Source of the DNA: Bdellovibrionia bacterium
GTDB taxonomy: Bacteria; Bdellovibrionota; Bdellovibrionia; Bdellovibrionales; UBA1609
Length of the DNA stretch: 58,557 nt
Assembly: GCA_030432925.1 (NCBI GenBank)
Contig: JAUILT010000004.1
Span: 1 to 58,557 of the forward strand
Direction of reading: 5' to 3'
Shown piece after piece: positions 39,406 through 49,392 of this stretch (within the stretch, counting starts at the first letter, position 1; each line of letters begins with the position of its first letter). Made by a program: the position numbers and the translations under genes. Below the pieces are notes generated by a model that had not been told where the DNA came from, made no database searches, and was given only the letters and a program-made list of their open reading frames with translations.

Positions 39406-41090
39406 ATATCATCACCGACCTGAAAGACAAACTCTCCGGACAGTTTCCCGTCGACAGTTTCAAGTTCGATTACTCTTTTGACAACAACGTTATTTGGCTG
39501 CCCAAAGACAACGTGGTTCCTGTGCTGAAGCACTTCAAGGACAACGGCCAGTTTGATTTTCTCATGTGTATCTCCGGTGTGGACTATCCTGAAAGGGAAG
39601 ATCGCTTTGAAGTCTGTTATGAACTGTTTTCCTCAAAATCCATTCGCCGGGTGCGGATCAAGACCTCTTTAAAAGAAGGGGAGAAAGTTCCCACGGCTCA
39701 GTTTGTGTGGAAGGCCGCCGACTGGTTTGAGCGTGAAGTTTATGATATGTTTGGAATTGAGTTTGAAGGGCATCCCAACATGCGCCGGATTCTGGTGCAT
39801 CAGGAGTTCGAAGGGCACCCTTTGAGAAAAGACTATCCGGCGGATCGTCAGCAGCATTGCTCAACGGCGCTGCCCGTTCATTTTGACAATCCTAGAGACG
39901 GTTCCAAGTACGTTGAAGAGAGCGGCAAGGATCTTGTACCTCTCAACATCGGCCCGTCTCACCCGGCCACTCACGGAACCTTGAGAGTTATGGTGGAGCT
40001 GGATGGTGAAAAAGTTCACCGCGCCAACGTGGAACTGGGGTATTTGCATCGTTGTTTTGAAAAAATGGCCGAGACCCACCCGTACAACCAGGTAATTCCC
40101 TACACAGACCGGTTGAACTACTGTTCTGCTCCCATGAACAACATTGGTTACTGTAAGGCTGTGGAAAAAATGCTGGGTGTGGAGATTCCCCCCAGAGCCC
40201 AGGCTCTGCGGATCATTCTGGCAGAGATGTCCAGAATCATCGACCACATTGTCTGTCTTGGGGCATCGGCTGTGGATCTGGGTGCTCTGACGGGTTTCTT
40301 TCATCTGTTCACTTACCGCGAAAAAGTCTACTCGCTGTTTGAAAAACTCTGCGGAGCCCGTCTGACAGTATCTCTGACCCGTATCGGTGGAATGGCTCAA
40401 GATGCCCCAGAAGGCTGGTTTGATGATGTCCTTCAGTTTTGCAAAGAGATGACTGTTGGAATCAATGAGATCGATGGCCTTTTGACAGGCAATAAAATCT
40501 GGATTCAGAGAACCCGTGGTGTGGGATCCATCTCTGCCGAAGAGGCCATTGAGTGGGGCTACACGGGCCCTTGTCTTCGGGCTGCAGGTGTGAATCTGGA
40601 TTTGAGAAAAGCCGATCCTTATTATGGTTATGATCAGTTGGATTTTGACGTGCCCATTGGCACCAGTGGTGATGTCTACGACCGATACCTAGTGCGTGTG
40701 GCTGAAATGCGTGAGTCTGTAAAAATCATTGAGCAGGTTTGCAAAAACGTGCCCGGTGGTGATTACACGATTCGTGACAAGGGTATCGTGCTTCCTGAAA
40801 AGAAAGACGTTTATGGAAACATTGAAGGCCTGATGAACCACTTCATGCTGGTAATTAATGGTTTGCGTCCTCCCAAGGGCGAGGTCTATGATGCCACGGA
40901 AGCCGCCAATGGCGAGCTAGGATTCCATTTGGTCTCTGATAATAGCGGAAACCCTTATCGTCTGAAGGTACGGCCGCCGTGTTTTGCGATTTACCAGTCG
41001 TTTTCTGAGCAGGTCACTGGAGGCCTTGTGGCCGACGTGATTGCTATTCTTGGAAGTATGAACCTTATTGCCGGAGAGTTGGACAGGTAA
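39402..41090 (+). CDS. nuoCD: NADH-quinone oxidoreductase subunit C/D (fused)
   Basis: EREVYDMFG...GHPLRKDYP followed by [26 protein letters not shown]. Confidence 0.95.
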   Translation: MNIITDLKDKLSGQFPVDSFKFDYSFDNNVIWLPKDNVVPVLKHFKDNGQFDFLMCISGVDYPEREDRFEVCYELFSSKSIRRVRIKTSLKEGEKVPTAQFVWKAADWFEREVYDMFGIEFEGHPNMRRILVHQEFEGHPLRKDYPADRQQHCSTALPVHFDNPRDGSKYVEESGKDLVPLNIGPSHPATHGTLRVMVELDGEKVHRANVELGYLHRCFEKMAETHPYNQVIPYTDRLNYCSAPMNNIGYCKAVEKMLGVEIPPRAQALRIILAEMSRIIDHIVCLGASAVDLGALTGFFHLFTYREKVYSLFEKLCGARLTVSLTRIGGMAQDAPEGWFDDVLQFCKEMTVGINEIDGLLTGNKIWIQRTRGVGSISAEEAIEWGYTGPCLRAAGVNLDLRKADPYYGYDQLDFDVPIGTSGDVYDRYLVRVAEMRESVKIIEQVCKNVPGGDYTIRDKGIVLPEKKDVYGNIEGLMNHFMLVINGLRPPKGEVYDATEAANGELGFHLVSDNSGNPYRLKVRPPCFAIYQSFSEQVTGGLVADVIAILGSMNLIAGELDR

Positions 41091-41093
41091 GCT

Positions 41094-41576
41094 ATGTTTG
41101 AGTTGTCTGAAGAAGGAAAACAGTTCGTTAAAAAAGAGTTGGAACGTTATGAAGACCGTTATTCTGCCATCATTCCTAGTCTGTATCGGGTGCAAAAGGA
41201 AAATGGTGGATGGGTGAGTGATGAGTGTGTGGCTTACCTGTCTCAACTGATGGATCTGCCAGAGGCAGATATCTATGAGGTCTTCAAGTTTTACACCATG
41301 TTCAATCAAAAGCCGGTGGGCCAACTGCACGTTCAGGTTTGCACCAACATCTCCTGTTCCATGAACGGCGGTCGTGAGTTGGCGGATCATATTTGTAAGG
41401 CCTACAACGTGAAGTCGGGGGAAGTGAGTTCCGATGGCAAAGTCACCGTCAGCAGGGTGGAGTGTCTCGGATCTTGTGACACAGCTCCCATGATGCAGGT
41501 GAATGACCGGTATCTTGAAAACCTCACCCCTGAGTCTGCCCTGGAACAGCTGAAAAGTCTGGAGAGTGAACTATGA
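41094..41576 (+). CDS. nuoE: NADH-quinone oxidoreductase subunit E
   Basis: CTNISC and ECLGSCDTAP [2Fe-2S] motifs. Confidence 0.95.
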   Translation: MFELSEEGKQFVKKELERYEDRYSAIIPSLYRVQKENGGWVSDECVAYLSQLMDLPEADIYEVFKFYTMFNQKPVGQLHVQVCTNISCSMNGGRELADHICKAYNVKSGEVSSDGKVTVSRVECLGSCDTAPMMQVNDRYLENLTPESALEQLKSLESEL

Positions 41577-42853
41577 TCACGGAAACCAAGCTCCTTTCTG
41601 AGCACTATGACAACCCCGAATTCAAAGGCATCGAAGGTTACAAAAAACTGGGTGGCTACAAGGTTCTGGGTGACGCCCTAAAAATGGACAAACAAAAAAT
41701 CATTGATGAAGTCAAGGCCTCGGGTCTGCGTGGCCGTGGGGGTGCTGGATTTCCCACAGGTGTGAAGTGGGGCTTCCTGCCCAAAAACGATGAAACAAGA
41801 TATCTGCTATGCAATGCCGATGAGGGTGAGCCAGGAACTTTCAAAGACCGAAAAATGATGGAACGTGCTCCTCACCAGTTGATAGAGGGTATGATTATTT
41901 CGGCTTTTGCCATTAACTCTCCCAAGTCTTATATTTATATTCGCGGTGAGTATGACTCTTGTATCGAGGCCTGTGAAAAGGCTATTGAAGAGGCTTACAA
42001 GGCGGGTTATCTGGGGAAAAACATTCTGGGGTCGGGATTTGATCACGATATGGATGTTTACCGGGGAGCCGGCGCCTACATTTGCGGTGAAGAGACGGGC
42101 ATGATCTCCTCTCTAGAAGGGAAAAAGGGGCAGCCCAAACTGAAGCCTCCGTTTCCGGCTGTTCAAGGGTACTTGGGCAAGCCGACCATTGTGAACAACG
42201 TGGAGACCCTGGCTGCCGTCAAATATATCATTCGGGACGGCGCCGATGCCTACAGAAAACATGGCACTGAAAAATCCGCGGGAACCAAACTGTTCTCCGT
42301 CAGTGGAAACGTGCAGGACCCAAAAACCGTGGAGGTTCCCTTGGGAATGCCACTGATGGACCTGATTGAGTTGTGTGGTGGCCTCAAGCCGGGCCGCAAG
42401 CTGAAAGCCGTGATTCCAGGAGGATCCTCAGCCCCTGTTTTGAATGTCGAAGACTGTGCTAAGGCCAAAATGGATTATGAGAGTCTTGCGGAGTTGGGCA
42501 GTATGTTGGGCTCAGGCGCTGTGATCATTATTGATGACTCCAACTGTATGGTGGATATTCTGGCCACAATCATGCATTTTTACCACCATGAGTCCTGCGG
42601 ACAGTGCACCCCCTGTCGTGAGGGTACGGGTTGGCTCAACAAGATTGTTCACAGTATTGCCAAGGGTGATGGGCGTCTTCAAGACATCGATCTGATCACC
42701 AAAGTGGCCGAGCACATGATGGGTCGAACGATTTGCGCCCTTTCCGATGCCGCAGCTTTGCCAGCCACCAGTTTTGTCAGTAAGTTTCGTGATGAATTTG
42801 AATTTTTCGTTCGAGAGGGACGCTCCAAAGTTAAAGGAGGCCTGAATGCCTAA
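41573..42853 (+). CDS. nuoF: NADH-quinone oxidoreductase subunit F
   Basis: GLRGRGGAGF, NADEGEPG, GAGAYICGEE, ESCGQCTPCREG. Confidence 0.96.
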   Translation: MITETKLLSEHYDNPEFKGIEGYKKLGGYKVLGDALKMDKQKIIDEVKASGLRGRGGAGFPTGVKWGFLPKNDETRYLLCNADEGEPGTFKDRKMMERAPHQLIEGMIISAFAINSPKSYIYIRGEYDSCIEACEKAIEEAYKAGYLGKNILGSGFDHDMDVYRGAGAYICGEETGMISSLEGKKGQPKLKPPFPAVQGYLGKPTIVNNVETLAAVKYIIRDGADAYRKHGTEKSAGTKLFSVSGNVQDPKTVEVPLGMPLMDLIELCGGLKPGRKLKAVIPGGSSAPVLNVEDCAKAKMDYESLAELGSMLGSGAVIIIDDSNCMVDILATIMHFYHHESCGQCTPCREGTGWLNKIVHSIAKGDGRLQDIDLITKVAEHMMGRTICALSDAAALPATSFVSKFRDEFEFFVREGRSKVKGGLNA

Positions 42854-44399
42854 AATTACAATCAACGGTCAGGAAGTGGAAGTCGAAGAGGGGTCCACGG
42901 TTATTGAGGCCTATAAAAAGCTAGATGAGAATATTGCCCATTACTGCTGGCACCCGGGTCTGTCCATTGCCGGCGTCTGTCGCTTGTGCATGGTGGAGGT
43001 GGAAGGCCATCCACGTTTGCAGATTGCCTGTAACACCACAGTTCAGGATGGAATGGTTGTGAATAACAACTCAGAAAAAGTCCGCGACACGGTGAAATGG
43101 GGTCTGGATTTTCATCTGATCAACCACCCGCTGGATTGCCCGATCTGTGACCAGGCCGGGGAGTGTGGTCTGCAGGAACAATATATGGAGTACGGCAAGT
43201 ACGATCCTGAAATGGCCGAGCGAAAAGTCAAAAAGAGAAAGGTTGTGGACCTGGGACCTACTGTGGTTCTGGATTCTGAGCGTTGTATTCTCTGCTCCCG
43301 TTGTGTCCGTTTCACTGAAGAAGTCACTGAAACCAATGAGCTGGGGATCTTCAACCGTGGGGATCGTAGTGAGATCGGGACTTTCAAGGATAAGCCTCTG
43401 GACAACAAGTACTCCCTGAACACTGTGGACATTTGCCCGGTGGGAGCATTGACCTCCAAGGATTTTCGTTTTCGTCAACGGGTCTGGTATCTGAAAGAGG
43501 CCGACACCATTTGTACCGGCTGTTCCACAGGTTGTTCTGTGAAGGTTTATTACAACGAAGAGGGCGCCTGGAGAGTGAAGCCCCGACACAATCCGGATAT
43601 CAATGGGTACTGGATGTGTGATGAGGGCCGTGACGTCTACAAGTTTGTGAACAAGGACGTGCGCCTGCTGACAGGCCTGCAAAGAAAAGACGGTCAGAAT
43701 CAGGAATTGCCCAGCGTGGATGCCGCCAAGCTGGCTGGAACTGTGGTTCGGGATGAGCTGGAGAAAGACAAAAATGGTGTGGCCCTGGTCATGACCGGAC
43801 AGTTCACGGTAGAAGAGACCCAGAGCCTGGTGGGGACTTTTGCCGGAGACCTTGGGTGCAAGCAGGTGTATCACTGGATCAATAACGAAGACAGCTTTGA
43901 CTCCTTTGACGGACTGCTGCTTCGTGGAGACCGCAACCCCAACACCAAGGGGCTGGAAAAGGTTTTGAATGATCAGGCCATTAACAACACCTGGGCGGAT
44001 CTGAAGCAGAAACTGGAAAGTGGAGCTATCAAAACTCTTGTGGTTGCTGCTCCTGAAAATCCATCGCTGTTTCCAGATCTGGATGAAAAGATCGCACTGT
44101 TTTCAAAAGTCCAAAACCTTGTGTGGCTGAGTGCCGCCAAAAATGAGGCTTTGGACGGACTGAACACCAATGTCTGGCAGGTGCCTTTAAAGACATTCAT
44201 TGAAAAGTCAGGAACTTATGTGAACTTCCAGGGCAAGGAACAGCCGGTGAAAGCAGTCACGACCATTATTGAAGATGCTCTGACGCTGACGGAAGTGGCT
44301 GGTCTGTTAAAGGGTTCTGACGTCAATGTGACGGATGAGGCCCAGAAAATGACATCTCTGAAATACAATTACTTCACACAAAAACGAGGCAACCTATGA
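42846..44399 (+). CDS. nuoG: NADH-quinone oxidoreductase subunit G (short form)
   Basis: CRLC, HPLDCPICDQAGEC, CILCSRCVRF, DICPVGAL, CTGCSTGC. Confidence 0.92.
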   Translation: MPKITINGQEVEVEEGSTVIEAYKKLDENIAHYCWHPGLSIAGVCRLCMVEVEGHPRLQIACNTTVQDGMVVNNNSEKVRDTVKWGLDFHLINHPLDCPICDQAGECGLQEQYMEYGKYDPEMAERKVKKRKVVDLGPTVVLDSERCILCSRCVRFTEEVTETNELGIFNRGDRSEIGTFKDKPLDNKYSLNTVDICPVGALTSKDFRFRQRVWYLKEADTICTGCSTGCSVKVYYNEEGAWRVKPRHNPDINGYWMCDEGRDVYKFVNKDVRLLTGLQRKDGQNQELPSVDAAKLAGTVVRDELEKDKNGVALVMTGQFTVEETQSLVGTFAGDLGCKQVYHWINNEDSFDSFDGLLLRGDRNPNTKGLEKVLNDQAINNTWADLKQKLESGAIKTLVVAAPENPSLFPDLDEKIALFSKVQNLVWLSAAKNEALDGLNTNVWQVPLKTFIEKSGTYVNFQGKEQPVKAVTTIIEDALTLTEVAGLLKGSDVNVTDEAQKMTSLKYNYFTQKRGNL

Positions 44400-44920
44400 G
44401 TTTGGTAACACGACCAGGAGAACTTTCCAGGTGGTACCTTCCGGGGATTCTTTCCGGACTGGTTTTCACGTTCAAAAAAATGGTGAGTAACATCTTTAAC
44501 AAAAAGAAGATGCCCACGCTCAACTATCCCGAAGAGCAGTATGAGTATGGCCCGCGCTTTAAGGGCAATCATGTTCTGACAGTGAAAAAGGATGGATCCC
44601 TTCGTTGTACGGCCTGTATGCTTTGTGCGACCAACTGCCCAGCCCAGTGTATTACGATCACTGCGGCCGAACATGAAGATCCTACCGTTGAGAAGTATCC
44701 CATTTCTTATGAGATCGATGTTCTCCGCTGTGTTTTCTGTGGATTTTGCGAGGAGGCCTGTCCTGTGGATGCCATTCGGATGGGGCCTGAATGGCAGACA
44801 GCCGCCATTTCTGGAAGTGAGTTTCAGTATGATATCCGCCAACTGGCCTATCGTCCCAGCCTTCAAGGCGGGGTTGAAAGTCGGGTGGATGAGCAGGAGC
44901 GCCACTCTTCAGGAATCTAA
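44396..44920 (+). CDS. nuoI: NADH-quinone oxidoreductase subunit I
   Basis: CTACMLCATNCP and CVFCGFCEEACP ferredoxin motifs. Confidence 0.95.
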   Translation: MSLVTRPGELSRWYLPGILSGLVFTFKKMVSNIFNKKKMPTLNYPEEQYEYGPRFKGNHVLTVKKDGSLRCTACMLCATNCPAQCITITAAEHEDPTVEKYPISYEIDVLRCVFCGFCEEACPVDAIRMGPEWQTAAISGSEFQYDIRQLAYRPSLQGGVESRVDEQERHSSGI

Positions 44921-44991
44921 ATAGTGAGTTGACCATTACCTAGGTACGTCGCGCTCCTTGCGACTTGGCGAGTCATTTTGGTTGGGTGATA

Positions 44992-45032
44992 TTTATAAAC
45001 GGGTCCCTTGAATTGCGGATGCTAATAGCTTC
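44992..45032 (+). repeat. Dispersed 41-bp repeat, copy 2
   Basis: TTTATAAACGGGTCCCTTGAATTGCGGATGCTAATAGCTTC, 36/41 identical to the reverse complement of 16896-16936. Confidence 0.75.
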
Positions 45033-45155
45033 TGATATTTAGGAGCCGGTAAAAGGGCTGGGCTGCATTCTTTAAGTCTTCAGTTCTATTGTTTTTTCTC
45101 CGAAACTCAATGATATTTATGTATATAGGTTTTTCTTCGGGAGCTGAATCAATCA

Positions 45156-45659
45156 ATGGCCACGTCAATCAAAGAAACCAGGCAGGACAATATTGTCACA
45201 GTGGAGCTGAACGGCTACATCGGTGAAAACTCACCACTGTTTGAAGTCTCGTTGCATAGGGTGGAAAAGCTAATCATTGATATGTCCAAAGTGAATTATA
45301 TTAACTCTGTGGGCATTAAAAACTGGATTCTTTGGTCTCGTAATATCCCTGAAGGCTGTAAAATGGAACTCTATAAAGTCCCACCATCTGTAGTCACTCA
45401 AATTAACCAGGTGGCTGGCTTTCTTCCTCAGCAGGCGGTGATGTGCTCCATTCAGGTCCCTTATTACTGTGATACTTGCAGTAAGGAGGACACACGGATC
45501 TACGAACTAGGTAAGCAGTACCAATTAGGACAAGGCGAGAAAGAGGGCACTGTTCATCATCCCGAAGGTGTTCAATGTGGTAAAGAAGAATGCACCTATA
45601 CTACAGATGTTTTAGAATCCAAGTTTTTCAAATTTCTCAAGTTTCACAAACCGTCATAA
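45156..45659 (+). CDS. STAS-like (anti-sigma antagonist) protein with C-terminal Cys cluster
   Basis: IIDMSKVNYINSVGI STAS motif; PYYCDTC and CGKEEC. Confidence 0.7.
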   Translation: MATSIKETRQDNIVTVELNGYIGENSPLFEVSLHRVEKLIIDMSKVNYINSVGIKNWILWSRNIPEGCKMELYKVPPSVVTQINQVAGFLPQQAVMCSIQVPYYCDTCSKEDTRIYELGKQYQLGQGEKEGTVHHPEGVQCGKEECTYTTDVLESKFFKFLKFHKPS

Positions 45660-45878
45660 ACTAAACCGGGTCGGTATAGACAGGTATTATTAGGGTATAA
45701 GTAATTTTTAGATCATGTATTGTTCAGTGTTTGTTATTTTCCCTAAATTACAAGAATACACAGTGAGTGATTATTTATAATGGGAATTTCTGACAATATA
45801 TTAAGCTTTCATACACTCTTCTCTGAACGACTGCTAGCTTGCCTGTGAGTAAGGGGTAATTAAAGGGGAGATAGTTAT

Positions 45879-46973
45879 ATGTATATGGGGGAGAAAAGTT
45901 TTTTCTCTTGGGTGTTTGGAGTATTATTGTTGTTTTGTGGAGAGGGGCAGGCTTTATCAGCCCACTCCAAACACCTTCTTGGTTTACAAAATGAGTTTCA
46001 AAATGCCACGCCACTTCACACAATTGTCTATATTGATCGGGAAATTTTACGTGAACGAATGCAAGGTCAGGACATCAACCTTCTAGAAGATCAGGACATT
46101 CGTAATCAATACATCGCAGAATTTGTTTGGGAACGAACTGGGGTGCGGCTCGATAAATCAGCCTCTGACATTATCGGCGATTATTATGCGACAGGTACCC
46201 ATGTGGCTGTGCCCACTGAGGTGAAAGAAACCGGAGAGAGTGTATGTGCTGTGCTTGGGGCAGATCCGAACACCACAGCTCGTGAAGAGGCCGAGCGGTT
46301 TTTATACTGGGAGCACATGAAGGGGCATACGCCTGAGTATGAAGGCAAAGAGATTGATAAAATCCTGACGGATAGAGAGTTTCACTTGTTGGCGGATATG
46401 CATGAAACATTTCACTGTATGGATCCCTATTACATTGTGAAACAAAAAACCTATGATTACGAAAATGAACCAACAGTTCACAGAGCTGAGAGCTATGCAG
46501 AGGTAGGGGCTTTACTGTATCTCGCAGGTAAAAAAGGTTTGACTCAGCTCAGTGAAACTCGGGCTCTATATCGTATTGTTGGTTCCTTTATGGTTGGTCG
46601 TTATGGTGAGAAACTTTTGGGGCCTAATTTCTTTTCAGGAATCAATTTTGGAGTTGTTTACAGTTTTTATCCGGCGCTATTTGCCACTCAAGAATTGATT
46701 GATCTGGGAGTGGGACATCTGGGGTTAAATGATATTCAGAGATTAGCACACTCTATTGTGGAGGAGAATGCCTTGGAGAGTGATATGGCTCACGCTATGA
46801 CTCAATACCAGGAGCGACCCGAGAGCCTTCAGTCCATGATCGAGACTTTTAAGCAGGATGACAATGAGGCACTAAGGGCCCGGTTTGAGGCTGTAGAAAA
46901 GTACAGAGACGAATACGTGGAAATTCTCGAGGGAGCTTTTGCGGAGCTGTTCCGACCAGATCGGTATAAATAG
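45879..46973 (+). CDS. Secreted hypothetical protein with HExxH zinc-binding motif
   Basis: Signal-like N-terminus; HETFH followed downstream by RAESYAE. Confidence 0.6.
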   Translation: MYMGEKSFFSWVFGVLLLFCGEGQALSAHSKHLLGLQNEFQNATPLHTIVYIDREILRERMQGQDINLLEDQDIRNQYIAEFVWERTGVRLDKSASDIIGDYYATGTHVAVPTEVKETGESVCAVLGADPNTTAREEAERFLYWEHMKGHTPEYEGKEIDKILTDREFHLLADMHETFHCMDPYYIVKQKTYDYENEPTVHRAESYAEVGALLYLAGKKGLTQLSETRALYRIVGSFMVGRYGEKLLGPNFFSGINFGVVYSFYPALFATQELIDLGVGHLGLNDIQRLAHSIVEENALESDMAHAMTQYQERPESLQSMIETFKQDDNEALRARFEAVEKYRDEYVEILEGAFAELFRPDRYK

Positions 46974-46976
46974 CAC

Positions 46977-48278
46977 CTAAATACGGGCTTGGCGTCCGAT
47001 GCCGTAGTATTCGATGCCTGCTTTTGAGATTTTGGCGGGATCGAAGATATTGCGTCCGTCAAAGATCAAGGGGTGGTTCATCACTTTCTTCAGTTCGTTA
47101 AGATTGGGCGTTTTAAATTCAGTCCATTCGGTGACGATCAATAGGGCATCTGCACCTGTGGCAGCTTCCATGGCAGAGGCGCAGGCTGTGAACTCAACAG
47201 GACAGGAAATGGTGGCGTTATCAGTGGCTACAGGGTCATAAGCTTTGACAGTGGCACCGTTGCTCACAAGGTCTTCAATCATTTTTAATGAAGGTGCCCT
47301 TCGTACATCATCTGTTCTGGGCTTAAAAGCCAGCCCCCAGAGGGCAATGGTTTTTCCTTTCAAAGACCCTAGGTTCTCTTTGAGGCGACTGGTAAGGATC
47401 GTTTTTTGGCGTTCGTTGACGTCATCAGCAGCATTCAGAAGTAAAAGATTGAGGTCTTGCTTTTTACCAATCTGAATGAGCGCTCTCACATCTTTGGGAA
47501 AGCAGCTTCCGCCGTAGCCGATTCCTGGATAGAAAAATGCTGGATTGATTCGGTTGTCCGAAGTAAAGCCCTCACGAACCCGGTCGATGTCGGCACCGAG
47601 TTTATCAGATAAAAGGGCGAGCTCGTTGATAAAACCAATCTTCATAGCCAAAAAAGAATTGGCCGCATACTTGGTCATCTCAGCAGAGGTATTGTCCATG
47701 AAAATAATGGGATTGCCGTTTTTTAAAAAAGGCTGGTATAACTCGGTCATCAGTTTTTTTGCCTCTTCGCTTTGGTGACCAATGACCACGCGGTCGGGTT
47801 TGAGAAAGTCTTCTAGTGCGGCTCCCTGCCGGAGAAACTCAGGGTTGCTAATGACTTCGATACGGACTTTGGAGTGATCACTACAAAAGGATTGAACCTG
47901 CTGAGCAGTACCAATGGGAACAGTGCTTTTGAGAACAATGTATTTGGGCTCAGTGGCGGTTTTGCAGATCTCTTTTAAGACATTAAATGTGAAGGACATG
48001 TCTGCACTGCCATCAGGTAACTCCGGTGTTCCCACAGCTACAAATACCACATCAGCTTTGGTGACAGCCTCTTTCACAGAAGAAAAAAAAGCCATGCGCT
48101 TGAGATTGAGCCTAAATAGATCCTCAAGGCCTGGTTCATAAAAGGGGACCTTGCCATTTTGGAGCAGGGAGATTTTTTCAGGGTCCGAGTCTACGCAGAA
48201 CAGCTGATGCCCGGCGTCAGCAAAGCAGACACTTGCCACTAGACCAACGTAACCTGTACCTATAACTCCGATATTCAT
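46977..48278 (-). CDS. ugd: UDP-glucose/GDP-mannose 6-dehydrogenase
   Basis: GTGYVG, KSTVPIG, SNPEFLR, KYAAN, GYGGSCFPKD, GLAFKPRTDD, FDGRN. Confidence 0.93.
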   Translation of the reverse strand: MNIGVIGTGYVGLVASVCFADAGHQLFCVDSDPEKISLLQNGKVPFYEPGLEDLFRLNLKRMAFFSSVKEAVTKADVVFVAVGTPELPDGSADMSFTFNVLKEICKTATEPKYIVLKSTVPIGTAQQVQSFCSDHSKVRIEVISNPEFLRQGAALEDFLKPDRVVIGHQSEEAKKLMTELYQPFLKNGNPIIFMDNTSAEMTKYAANSFLAMKIGFINELALLSDKLGADIDRVREGFTSDNRINPAFFYPGIGYGGSCFPKDVRALIQIGKKQDLNLLLLNAADDVNERQKTILTSRLKENLGSLKGKTIALWGLAFKPRTDDVRRAPSLKMIEDLVSNGATVKAYDPVATDNATISCPVEFTACASAMEAATGADALLIVTEWTEFKTPNLNELKKVMNHPLIFDGRNIFDPAKISKAGIEYYGIGRQARI

Positions 48279-48405
48279 GATCTTCTCCCTCGCCGGTTGG
48301 TGGGCCTGTTTTTGGGCCCGAGATTGAAACGCTTAAGGACGCTAAGCTATCATGGATAGTAGGAAATCAGCTCATTCGTCAACTCTTCACCGGTGAAAAT
48401 GCATC

Positions 48406-49392
48406 ATGAAGCTGTTAAAAAATGATCAAGTTATAAAGCTGCTGAAATTTGTCGTGGCCTTTAGTTTAATTGGCTGGATGATCCATAAGGGGCTGATTGA
48501 TTTTTCTGTATTGTCCTTGATGGCTAAGCCTCAGTATATAGTTGTGGCACTGCTTCTGGGCTTTTTAAACCTGGCAGTCGCTAACTGGCGATGGACATTG
48601 TTACTTCAAGCCCGGGGTTTTGAGGTGGGCTTGGGGAGAACAATGCCTCTCACGTTGATTGCTGATTTTTTCAATTTTGCAATTCCAGGGGCTATTGGTG
48701 GAGATGTGGTTAAAGCCTATTACATTGCTCAAGATCATCCCTCTCGAAAAATGGAAGCCATCACTTCTGTAGTGGTGGACCGGGTTCTAGGGCTCTATGC
48801 GATGGTGATTTTGGCCCTAGTGGCTATTGTGGTGAACGTGGAGTTTGTAGTTTCTCAACCAGAGCTGGTGTTTGTGACTCTGACATCTGTGGGAGTTTTC
48901 TCTGTAATGACGTTGTTTTTGGCAGCCAGTCTCTCTAAGCGCATTCGGGTATTTTTAAAAATGGATCTGATTTTGGAAAAGCTTCCCGCTGGTCAGGTAG
49001 GGAAACGTTTTTATGAAGCCATTCATTGTTATCGAGCTCATGGTAGTACCTTGTTCTACGCTATGGTTTTGAGTTTTGCAGCTCAACTGGTAGCCATTGG
49101 ATTTATGATTTTTGTTGGTTATGTCATTGGTGAGACAGGTTTATCTTTTGCAACATTTTTGTTTGCTGTTCCTTTGGGCTTTATTATTTCGGCAGTGCCC
49201 ATTGCTCCTGCAGGAATCGGAGTCGGCCAGTACGCCTTTTTGGCATTGTTTCGAATGTTTTCAGGTACTGAAACCAACCTGGGACAGATTTCTATTACAG
49301 CCTTTCAGGTGACGTTATTTTTATGGGGTTTGGTGGGAGGATTCTTCTATCTGAAAAAGAAAAAACCTAATCTTCAGGAAGTAGAAGTATGA
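48406..49392 (+). CDS. Lysylphosphatidylglycerol-synthase TM / UPF0104 flippase-like membrane protein
   Basis: WRW, FFNFAIPGAIGGDVVKA, VVDR, PIAPAGIGVG; multi-TM. Confidence 0.8.
   Translation: MKLLKNDQVIKLLKFVVAFSLIGWMIHKGLIDFSVLSLMAKPQYIVVALLLGFLNLAVANWRWTLLLQARGFEVGLGRTMPLTLIADFFNFAIPGAIGGDVVKAYYIAQDHPSRKMEAITSVVVDRVLGLYAMVILALVAIVVNVEFVVSQPELVFVTLTSVGVFSVMTLFLAASLSKRIRVFLKMDLILEKLPAGQVGKRFYEAIHCYRAHGSTLFYAMVLSFAAQLVAIGFMIFVGYVIGETGLSFATFLFAVPLGFIISAVPIAPAGIGVGQYAFLALFRMFSGTETNLGQISITAFQVTLFLWGLVGGFFYLKKKKPNLQEVEV

Noticed and set aside
43071-43874. 267-aa antisense ORF and similar shadow ORFs across nuo, the ABC genes and nadB
   Set aside because: Antisense to well-conserved genes; explained by codon bias.
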